Assembly (NCBI GenBank): GCA_963798085.1
Contig: CAWCRS010000002.1
Location: forward strand, 381,979-445,978
DNA length: 64,000 bases
Source: an uncultured Gemmatimonadales bacterium
Lineage (GTDB): Bacteria; Gemmatimonadota; Gemmatimonadetes; Longimicrobiales; RSA9
Direction: 5' to 3'
Every line of letters starts with the position of its first letter. Position 1 is the stretch's first letter. The notes under the pieces are model-generated. The model saw nothing but the letters and a program-made list of their open reading frames with translations. It was not told the DNA's origin and did no database searches. Shown in pieces: positions 54,301 to 62,688 of this stretch. Made by a program: the position numbers and the translations under genes.

Positions 54301-54377
54301 GCTGGTGGTCCGTGTCCAGGACAAGCTACACGTGGCACCAATCGCCGACAGAGCCGCTTAGCGTGGTGTGCACGCGG

Positions 54378-54608
54378 TCAGGATGCGATCTCGCGCGTAT
54401 GAAGGATCTCAGAGCCGGCAAAGGGCCGCAACGCGGACGCATCCAATGTCACCACAGCCACCGTGTTGCCATCGGCTCGAACGAACTCGACTTCCAGTGC
54501 CTCACCGCCACGGTAGACATGAACGACGGTTCCGACGTCTCCGGCTTCCAGACCATGCTCACGAACCGCATGCCTCAGCACCACCAGATCGAGCTCTTTC
54601 ATCATCAT
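54378..54608 (-). CDS. DUF4926 protein
   Basis: ELDLVVL...GLEAGDVGTVVHVY...EVEF motif. Confidence 0.85.
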   Translation of the reverse strand: MMMKELDLVVLRHAVREHGLEAGDVGTVVHVYRGGEALEVEFVRADGNTVAVVTLDASALRPFAGSEILHTREIAS

Positions 54609-54958
54609 CTCTCCGAACGGTCAGACGCCGGATAGGCCGTGACAAATCGCGGGCCGGCACTTGCGGTCTCGCGGATCCAGACCGTCCGCACCCACGCGGA
54701 ACCGGCCGGCCCGTTTACATACCCATCCACAACGAACTTCGAGCCGAAGCGGGAGTCTTCCTCCTGAATCAGCTCGCCGCGCAACGCAATCTCGAGGAGC
54801 GCCCGTCGGAGCAGCTGCGGTCTGCTCGCGACGAAGCCTAGCGCCCGAAAGAACCTCGCCTTCGCAGCACCGCCGGGATGGCCATCTGCGAGAAGATAGT
54901 CCACGATCTTCGAGTCAGAGACCTCTGCCAGATCGCCGTCGGGTAAACGTTTCGCCAC
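54605..54958 (-). CDS. DUF6883-like protein (putative toxin paired with DUF4926)
   Basis: KIVDYLL...H..G..KA.FF...PRFVTAYP motif. Confidence 0.75.
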   Translation of the reverse strand: MAKRLPDGDLAEVSDSKIVDYLLADGHPGGAAKARFFRALGFVASRPQLLRRALLEIALRGELIQEEDSRFGSKFVVDGYVNGPAGSAWVRTVWIRETASAGPRFVTAYPASDRSER

Positions 54959-55025
54959 GTTGCCGCCCTCACCTTCTTATCGAGGACCGGCAATCTACGC
55001 CTCGGCAGCGATAAGGACCACTTGC

Positions 55026-55170
55026 AGATAACGTCTCGGCGGTTAACGAACCCGCGGGAGCCGACCGCCAGGGCGGCGAAGCGGGTTCCCGGCCCTTCCC
55101 AAGCTATCCCTCTCACGGTCTGCCGGGCCAGCGGCCAAAGGCCGCGCGGCGTTAACCCAGCCTGTTAGAC
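55026..55170 (-). repeat. attC-like site 40
   Basis: agataac...gttagac; ttaacg/cgttaa variant. Confidence 0.85.
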
Positions 55171-55480
55171 GAAGTGCCCCCAGCGCGATTCCTTGAGAAG
55201 GCACACGATCCGACCTAAGACCCAAGCTGCTTCGCGGTTTCCGGAAACCAACGTTTGGCGAGGGGCTGAAGCCGAAAGAAACGCTCAACTCGCCGCCTTA
55301 GGAGCTTGTCGTCCTCTACTCCACCCCATTCGCGCCTTGCATGGTGTCGATGCGTGCGCCCGCGACTGAGGTGGCCCACCAGCTTGTCAGCTGCGGTGAA
55401 GCGAGATTTCTCGCGCACGGTCCATGAGAATGCGGTATGACCAGGGGGAAGAAAATCTGTGATGATTAGATCCTGGGGCC

Positions 55481-56633
55481 TAGTACTAACTTGCACAAGA
55501 TCGCGTTATCATGTAAATAAGGGTCCACAGTATTCACTCCTCGCGGAGCGAGCACCATGGGCCGGGCGACCGAGATCGTATTGACGGTGCAGCAGCGGCA
55601 GACGCTGGAAGCGTGGAGCCGCAGCAAGGTCATGGAGTTTCGCTATGTGGAGCGCGCTCGCATCATCCTCGATGCGGCGCGCGGGGACAGCACGAGCGCG
55701 ATTGCGCGACGGCATCAGGTGCGCCCCGCGACCGTGAGCAAGTGGCGGCTTCGTTTCGCGGCGCAGGGTGTGAAGGGCCTGGACGACGCGGCGCGGACGG
55801 GGGCGCCAGCCGCCTACGACGAGGACACCGAGCGGCGCATCCTGGCGCAACTGGATGAACCGGCGCCGCGCGGTTTTGCGCAGTGGAACGGGCGGTTGGT
55901 GGCGGAAACGCTGGGCGATGTGTCGCAGGCCCACGTCTGGCGGGTACTGCGCAAGCACCAGATCCAACTGCAACGGCGCCGGAGCTGGTGCATCAGCACG
56001 GACCCCGAGTTCGGTCCCAAGGCGGCCGATATCATTGCGCTGTACCTGAACCCACCCGAAAACGCGATCGTGCTGAGTATCGATGAAAAGCCGCACATCC
56101 AGGCTCTGGAGCGGGCTCAGGGCTACCTGCGGCTGCCGAATGGCCGCGCGATCAGCGGCTTCAGCCACGACTACCAGCGTCACGGAACCACCACGTTGTT
56201 CGCTGCCCTCGATGTGTTCACGGGTCAGATCAGGGCCGGGCACTACCAGCGCCGCCGCCGCCGGGAATTCCTCCACTTCATGAACGAGGTTGTCGCGGAC
56301 TATCCGGCCGACGTGGAGATCCATGTGATCCTGGACAACCTGAGTACGCACAAGCCCAGGCACGACCACTGGCTCGCACGGCACAAGAACGTCCACTTCC
56401 ACTACACTCCCACCCACGCCAGTTGGATGAACCAGGTGGAATTCTGGTTCAGCATCATGGCGCGCGCGGCACTTCGGGGCGCCAGCTTCACATCACCGGA
56501 GCAGGTCCGCGAAGCCATTGATGCATTCGTCGCCGTCTACAACCCCCGGGCCACGCCCTTCGAATGGCGCAAGGAAGTCGTACACCCGGTGCCGCTCAAG
56601 CACCGTTACGCTGACTTGTGCAAGTAAGTACTA
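55481..56633 (+). mobile_element. IS630-family element A, copy 2 (intact transposase 55557-56627)
   Basis: Near-identical to 14118-15269; CTAG at both ends. Confidence 0.95.
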
Positions 56634-57596
56634 GTGTAGTGTGGCCAAAGTCTCTTTGGCTTTGGCGACTTTGGAGAGGATGCTGTTCAGCGAAGCCGTC
56701 CAGACGAATGGCTTTGGGTCGAGGTTGCGCGTATCCAGATAAGCGGAGATCGCCGCAATCAACTGGTCGACGTTATGGACAACCAGCCGGCGGAGCTGGC
56801 GTACGGTGAGTTCACTGAAAAGGCGTTCCACAAGGTTCGCCCAGGACGACGACGTGGGCACGAAATAGAATTGGACCCGTGGGTTGCGCTCCAGCCAGGC
56901 GAGGACTTCGGGCGTCTTGTGGCTGGACGCGTTGTCGAGGATGAAATAGACGTCGAGTGGCTTGGGGACCGTGCGCACCACCTTTCGTGCGAAGCGCAGA
57001 AACTCGCTGGCGCGGTGGCGGGGCATGCATTCATGCACCACGCTGCCGGTCTTGATCTCGAGTGCGGCAAAGAGCGTGGTCGTCCCGTGACGCTTGTAGT
57101 CGTGGGTCATTGTGCCGGCCCGTCCCTTCTTGAGCGGCAAGCCGGGCTGCGTACGATCCAGCGCCTGGATCTGACTCTTCTCATCAACCGCAAAGACCAC
57201 AGCATGCTCCGGCGGATGGAGATACAGCCCCACGACCGCCCGCAGCTTCTTTACGAAGTCCGGATCCCTGGAAAGCGTGAAGGTGCGGATGCGATGGGGC
57301 TTGATCCCGTGACCGCGCCAGACGCGCGCCACCGTGGTGGGGTGCCACCCGAGTTCCCTGGCCATGATCCGCGTACTCCAGTGCGTGCCATTCGGCGGGC
57401 GCGTCTCCAGCGTCTTCTTGACCATGGCCTCTTCGTGCGCTGCCGTGATCCGCTTCGGTCGGCCCGTGCGCGGTCGATCGCTTGTAGGAGACGCCCCCAG
57501 ATTGGAGGTCTGGAGACACCCAGATTTACGCACTGACCATTGACGGTGCCGGTGTGACCGGCACACTCCGCGTCGACCTCTCGACGCGGAGACTTC

Positions 57597-58910
57597 ATGA
57601 GCAAGCTCACGAAGGAGCAGATCATGGTCGGAGCGGGAATGGTGGCCCGAGGGACATCGATCCGGCGGGTGGCCGGGCAGCTGGGCGTCGCAGAGGGCAC
57701 GCTGCGCTATCAGATGCGGAAGGCGAGGGACTCGCGGCCGGATGGACGGGCTCGGCAGCGGACCGCGCTCGATGGATTCGAGCCTGTGGTCAATGCCATC
57801 CTCGAGCGGCTGGAGGATGGTCGCAAAGAGGGGACGGGTCGGCCGGTGCAGGCCCGTGTGGTATTCGAGATTCTGCAGCGGGACTACCGCTATCACGGCA
57901 GTTACCAGGCGGTGGTGCGGCACCTGCGGCGCCGCTTCGGCGTGCCGCCCGTGCGGGCGTTGCGGCGGGTCGAGACACCCGCGGGCGTGCAGGCGCAGCA
58001 CGACTGGTTCGATGCTCAGGTCCGCTTCCGCGGCAATGAGCGCGTCACGCTGCGTCTGCTGGTGGGCACCCTCTCGTACAGCCGGGCGCGCTTCTGCTGG
58101 GCCAGCTTCGAAGCGAATCAGCTGGCCTGGCACACGGGACACCTGGCGCTGTTTCGCGCGTACGGCGGTGTTCCGCTCTGGGTGCGCATTGACAATCTGA
58201 AGACGGGTGTCGTGCGCGGCGCGGGTTCGACGGGCGTCCTGAATCGTGCGTATGCCGTGTTCGCGCGGGAGTGCCGCTTCGAGATTGATCCGTGCCGGGT
58301 GCGCACGCCTTCGGACAAGGGCAAGGACGAGCGTAGTGTACGCATCTGCCGTGATGCCTTCGGTGCGCTGTTCCACGAGAGCTGGTCGAGCATCGAGAGC
58401 CTGCAGGAGAGCCTGCACGAGCGCTCGCATGAGCTGATGGACCGGTTGCAGTGCCCGATCACAGGGACCTCGGTGCGCGAGGCCTTCGAGAGCGAGCGTC
58501 TCGTGCTGCAGCCGCTGCCGGCCATGAGCGACCCGTTCGACGTCGTCGTTGCCCGCCGTGTACAGCGGGATTGCCTGGTCTCCTTCGAGGGGCGGCGCTA
58601 CAGCGTGCCGTTCACCTGGGTCGGACGCAACGTGGAGATCCTGGGCACGCATGCGCATGTGGTGATTCGCGCGGACGGCCGGGAGATCGCGCGTCACGTG
58701 CGGCACACGCGGGAGCGGCTGATCCTCGAGCCGGCGCACTACGAAGGGGAATCCACGGATCACGTGATTCGGCCCACCCCGCTGGGGCTGCGTGGCCGTC
58801 TGCAGGTGGCGGGCCTTTCCGGTGCATCGCAGCGTACGCTGCTGCTCCTGCCGCAGCGCGTCAGTCGCCCGCTCGACACCTACGTCAGAATGGTGGAGGC
58901 GGCCCGATGA
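57597..58910 (+). CDS. istA: IS21 transposase IstA
   Basis: ETPAG.QAQHDW, IDNLKTGV and KGKDER motifs. Confidence 0.92.
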   Translation: MSKLTKEQIMVGAGMVARGTSIRRVAGQLGVAEGTLRYQMRKARDSRPDGRARQRTALDGFEPVVNAILERLEDGRKEGTGRPVQARVVFEILQRDYRYHGSYQAVVRHLRRRFGVPPVRALRRVETPAGVQAQHDWFDAQVRFRGNERVTLRLLVGTLSYSRARFCWASFEANQLAWHTGHLALFRAYGGVPLWVRIDNLKTGVVRGAGSTGVLNRAYAVFARECRFEIDPCRVRTPSDKGKDERSVRICRDAFGALFHESWSSIESLQESLHERSHELMDRLQCPITGTSVREAFESERLVLQPLPAMSDPFDVVVARRVQRDCLVSFEGRRYSVPFTWVGRNVEILGTHAHVVIRADGREIARHVRHTRERLILEPAHYEGESTDHVIRPTPLGLRGRLQVAGLSGASQRTLLLLPQRVSRPLDTYVRMVEAAR

Positions 58911-59752
58911 CGCGTGCACCGAAAGTCGATCTCGATCAGCTGGTGCAGAAGTGCACGACCCTGGGTCTGGCGCATGCAGCCGATCTGCTGCCCGAGCTGG
59001 TGGAGGAAGGCACGCGTGACGCTCTCCCGCCGCTCCGCTTTCTCGAGCTCGTGCTCGAGCGCGAGATCGAATGGAAGACGGAGCGGCGCGTCGCCACGTC
59101 TCTCAAGCTCTCCGGGCTCCCGACGGGCCGCACGCTCGAGGGATTTGACTGGACCTTTCAGCCGCGCGTCGACCGCGGCAAGCTCGAAGCGCTTGCTACC
59201 TGCGCCTTCATCCGCCAGAAGGATAACGTCCTGTTTCTCGGGCCGCCCGGTGTCGGCAAGAGCCACTTGGCTGTGGCCCTGGGCGTGAAAGCAGTGAAGA
59301 ACGGCTTCAGCACCACGCACTTCGTGCTCGACGACCTCATGCACCAGCTGCGCGGCGACGCCGCCATCCCGCCCACGCGTCTCAAGGCCAAGCGTTACCT
59401 GAACAGTGCGTTACTCATCATCGACGAAGTCGGCTTCCGCCCGCTCGACCGGCACGAAGCCAATCTCTTCTTCCGTCTCGTCAGCGCCCGCTACGAGAAG
59501 GGCTCGATCGTCCTCACTTCCAACAAGCACGTCCGGGACTGGCCCGAGATCTTCGCCGGCGACGAAATCCTCACCACGGCGATCCTCGACCGCCTCCTTC
59601 ACCACGTGCACATCGTCCACATCGACGGCCGCAGCTACCGCCTGCGCGAGCTCGACGGCCTCCTCCAACCTCACGCCACATCGGCTGCTGACGCAGCCAG
59701 GGACCTGAAAGGAGGTATCACAACAGCGGAACGGATTTCAACCGGTGCGTAA
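58907..59752 (+). CDS. istB: IS21 helper ATPase IstB
   Basis: GPPGVGKSH, LIIDEVG and AILDRLLHH motifs. Confidence 0.93.
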   Translation: MTRAPKVDLDQLVQKCTTLGLAHAADLLPELVEEGTRDALPPLRFLELVLEREIEWKTERRVATSLKLSGLPTGRTLEGFDWTFQPRVDRGKLEALATCAFIRQKDNVLFLGPPGVGKSHLAVALGVKAVKNGFSTTHFVLDDLMHQLRGDAAIPPTRLKAKRYLNSALLIIDEVGFRPLDRHEANLFFRLVSARYEKGSIVLTSNKHVRDWPEIFAGDEILTTAILDRLLHHVHIVHIDGRSYRLRELDGLLQPHATSAADAARDLKGGITTAERISTGA

Positions 59753-60274
59753 AACTGGATGTCTCCAGACGCGTAAAACTGGGTGTCTCTTGACAATCGC
59801 TCAGCAACGCCCGGCAGGCCGCCCTCTTCATACCGGTCGAGCCACAAGGTCACGGTCGGCCGCGATACGTGCACCGCCGCGCAGATCGCCTGACCCGACA
59901 GGCCCTGTGCCGAAGCCAGCACAATACGGGCGCGTTCGGCGATGCGCTGGAGGGTCGTGCGCTTGCGCATCAATTCCTCGAGACGTTTCTGATCGCCTCG
60001 GCGTAACCGGATTACTCGCGTGGGCAATGGCATGCAGCAGGATACAATATCCACGCACATTATGCAAGATACTTCTGCCACACTACACTAGGTGAGCGTC
60101 CAGGCCTACCCGCATGGAAAAACTCCATCAAAGCGCGAAAGTGGGCTGCGTATGCAACGTGCATTGCCCGTATCACGTGGTCCGGATGCGAATGGGCCGG
60201 AGCTGCCAGTTCATTCGCGAGCTTGAGTACCTGGGACATTTCGTGGTCGACATGCATGCGTTGTGCCCGAGTGC

Positions 60275-60775
60275 TCATGGCGCGACCGGGCTACGGTCGA
60301 ACACTGGCCGAGGCGAACCCCGTGCGGCGCCCAACCCACTTACGGCAGCATCGGCTGGCTTCGGGCAGTCGATCTTGATTGCTGCTTGGAGTTCAACTTT
60401 CACGGACGAGAAGTACGTTGTCAGACCCGCCAGAAACGTCCTCTCGCTCTCATCCTTCAAAAGCAGCGCTGCTTCAGACGAGGACGATGTAGACGTACCG
60501 CCGCCGACGAAGCAGGTTGTCTCGGTACTCGTGAACTCGAGCCAGTCGACCTTCTTGCCGGGGATCCAACGGCGGTAATTGAGAATCGGATCATCCTCCC
60601 AACGATCTGGCGTGCGAAACGAACGGTGGGACATGACGCCAACATCAACGACGGTCTTGTCCACGAGAGCATGGTGTTCGCTCATCATGCCCCACTGGGC
60701 CTCAAGCGGCTTCGCGCCAAGTGTGGAAGCCGCAAGGATAGTCGCCGCCCATAGCGTTCCTGAGATCCAAGACAT
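60275..60775 (-). CDS. Secreted hypothetical protein
   Basis: GAGGAGG RBS and signal peptide; stop overlaps the next start. Confidence 0.6.
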   Translation of the reverse strand: MSWISGTLWAATILAASTLGAKPLEAQWGMMSEHHALVDKTVVDVGVMSHRSFRTPDRWEDDPILNYRRWIPGKKVDWLEFTSTETTCFVGGGTSTSSSSEAALLLKDESERTFLAGLTTYFSSVKVELQAAIKIDCPKPADAAVSGLGAARGSPRPVFDRSPVAP

Positions 60776-60869
60776 CGGTCCTCCTCTCGTATCGCAATGC
60801 GCTGCGCAAGACGCTCTTTGAATCCGATGGCCTGTCGGCATGGCAGCTGCGCTTGGTTGGGGGCATTTC

Positions 60870-61013
60870 GTCTAACGTCTCTGCTGTTCACGACGTGCCG
60901 GAGCCGACCGCAAGGGCGGCGCAGGCATGTCCGCGCCCTTCACGGGCGACTCGCGTCGGCCACTGCGCGGCCGGCGGCCGACAGGCCGCCGTGCGTGAAA
61001 TACCGTGTTAGGT
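60870..61013 (-). repeat. attC-like site 41
   Basis: gtctaac...gttaggt. Confidence 0.9.
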
Positions 61014-61064
61014 GACGTTGGACCCACCCTTCTGAAGCGCGCCCTCTGGGCTGCGTTGCGAGAC

Positions 61065-61943
61065 CTACGGGTCCGGGAATTCACGACGCCATTCATCAAC
61101 CAGGGCGCTCGTGGCCGCGTGCAAGTTCTCGCAATAGGTCTTAAGGTGCTTCCACTTCGCCTGCGGAACCGCTGAGAGGTTATGCGCAAGCGCAAGCGAC
61201 GAGCGCATGGCAGTCCGAGCGTTTTCGTATCGAAACGCGGAGAAGCGCCATTCCGTCGCTCTGCCAAGAACCGCGTTGTGGACGAGTAGCCGCGAATCTG
61301 CAGGCGGGTGCACCGCCCAATCGCGAAAGCGGAAAATCTCTCGGATTCCCTCTCGGAGTCCACGGTAATCCTGGCGGTTCGCCAAGGTGAATGCCAGGCG
61401 AAATACTTCGCTCGTTTGCTTCCATCTTGCCGTCTGGTTCTTGGCCCAAGCGGCTTGGTGCAGCGCAGGCACATCGATGCGTTCCTTGACATGTGAATAC
61501 AGGGCGTCAATGGAGATGGCGGCAGCTGTTACTGCCTGCATTGATGCGTGGAATTCAGCCTCGAGGAGAGGATATGCTTCTTTCGCCTGCCCTGTGGCTG
61601 CCACCTCGAGCGCCAGCCGAGCACGTCTTGCCGCCGCGACATGCCCGGTGCCGATTCTTAGCCAGTGCCGGACCAAGTCCATTCTCAGAGCGAAGCCATC
61701 ATGCTCGACCCTGAAGGCGCCGTCTGCTGGCACGATGATTCGAAACCCTTGAATGGACAGATCTGCTCCGTCTGGAACTATGATGCCAGCGGCGTTGGCT
61801 CTCGCGCTGGGAGCCGGCTTGGCGGCCTGCGGCGGTTCGTCGGAAATGCTCATTGGCATCGATCTCTTGGGTGCTTCGACTTTCGAGGCTAATGGACTAC
61901 GTACTGCTCGCGGCGATGGATGGATATGGCCCAACGTTCGCAT
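61065..61943 (-). CDS. Hypothetical helical protein with HEPN-like RxxxxH motif
   Basis: IFRFRDWAVHP. Confidence 0.6.
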   Translation of the reverse strand: MRTLGHIHPSPRAVRSPLASKVEAPKRSMPMSISDEPPQAAKPAPSARANAAGIIVPDGADLSIQGFRIIVPADGAFRVEHDGFALRMDLVRHWLRIGTGHVAAARRARLALEVAATGQAKEAYPLLEAEFHASMQAVTAAAISIDALYSHVKERIDVPALHQAAWAKNQTARWKQTSEVFRLAFTLANRQDYRGLREGIREIFRFRDWAVHPPADSRLLVHNAVLGRATEWRFSAFRYENARTAMRSSLALAHNLSAVPQAKWKHLKTYCENLHAATSALVDEWRREFPDP

Positions 61944-62063
61944 ACAGTTCCCGGGGAACGATTCCCACTTGCCTTGAGGCGGCTACCTCCCCCGGCCGAT
62001 CATCTGTGCTGACGAAGCCTCCTTCGTTGTTACTTGGCATGCACGCGCTGTGGGTCCAATGTC

Positions 62064-62207
62064 ACCTAACGTCTCGGTTGTTCACGACGTGCCGGAGCCG
62101 ACCGTCAGGGCGGCGCAGGCATGTCCGCGCCCTTCAACTGCTGACCGCCTCGGCAGTTGCGCGGCCGGCGGCCGACAGGCCGACGTGCGTGAAATGACGT
62201 GTTAGAT
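62064..62207 (-). repeat. attC-like site 42
   Basis: acctaac...gttagat. Confidence 0.9.
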
Positions 62208-62688
62208 GAAGTGCTCCGGCCTGGCGGCCTTGCGAACTGCGGCGGAGCACGGCAAGACAGCGCATTTCGGGGCGCGCTCCGCTGTACCAGTCCCCGCTGC
62301 CGGGGAGCACGAAGAGCAAAAGTGCGCCGCTGAGAGAGGGCCGATGCTACCTTGTAGCTATCACGAGGCAGGCTGACAAGAGGAGCAGGGAAGGCACACG
62401 AGTAGCTTCATGAGCCCGGCGGTAGAAGGAGTACGATTGGTTCGGCCGGGGTTGGGTCCGCGCCCGCTTCGTACGACGTCGACTACCCAGTTCAGGGCAC
62501 CACTCTCATCCAGGCCATCGCGCGGCGTCGGCGCCAATGTTGGTCAGCCGGACAGTGGTGGTGAAGCACGTGTTCCACCTTTGCCCGCTCATGGCCGCTG
62601 GTATCACGTCCTCGGGATGTATACTCACCGGTGCATCGGCGCCAGCGGTCCTACGATCGACTGTGACAGTCCACCATAGCAGGCGGAC

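Larger units (their letters stand above)
57483..59795 (+). mobile_element. IS21-family element
   Basis: TGT...ACA ends with internal repeats and a 6-bp target duplication ATCGCT (57477-57482 / 59796-59801). Confidence 0.93.
56632..60090 (-). mobile_element. IS630-family element B, copy 2, interrupted by IS21
   Basis: Near-identical to 16045-17182; ctagtgtagtgtggc ends. Confidence 0.93.
55215..60278 (-). pseudogene. ~150-aa hypothetical gene split at a CTAG by the IS630A/IS630B/IS21 stack
   Basis: Joining at the CTAG (60088-60091 / 55480-55483) gives in-frame ...GRPGRSP-RPQDLIITDF... Confidence 0.7.
1332..62207 (-). mobile_element. Integron-like gene cassette array (41 full attC-like sites plus 1 remnant); integrase/attI not in window
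   Basis: A palindromic repeat recurs every ~0.35-2.5 kb (longer where IS elements intervene), with RYYYAAC-like and GTTRRRY-like ends and 1-3 ORFs between copies. Most ORFs are on the minus strand, and the 7-mers at the two ends of each cassette are complementary. Confidence 0.92.

Noticed and set aside
56631..58919. 762-aa ORF as a novel fusion transposase
   Set aside because: It is the antisense of IS21 istA running into the C-terminal part of the interrupted IS630-B transposase.
32900..59815. Single-base frameshifts (~32950, 42775, 48170, 50010, 59810) as programmed frameshifting or phase variation
   Set aside because: No slippery or repeat tracts are evident. They may be decay or long-read sequencing indels, and raw reads are needed to tell.
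1332..62207. Repeats as a CRISPR array
   Set aside because: The repeats are 115-155 bp, the intervening DNA is gene-sized and coding, and there are no cas genes.
1332..62207. Repeats as REP/BIME elements, MITEs or simple terminators
   Set aside because: They strictly alternate with accessory genes in a single orientation, have AAC/GTT ends, and show no target duplications. Complementarity across each cassette fits recombination sites.
5195..62319. Many short ORFs containing FTTCRSRP..RRRHVRA or AAQACPRP
   Set aside because: These are translations of the repeat itself in various frames, not a protein family.
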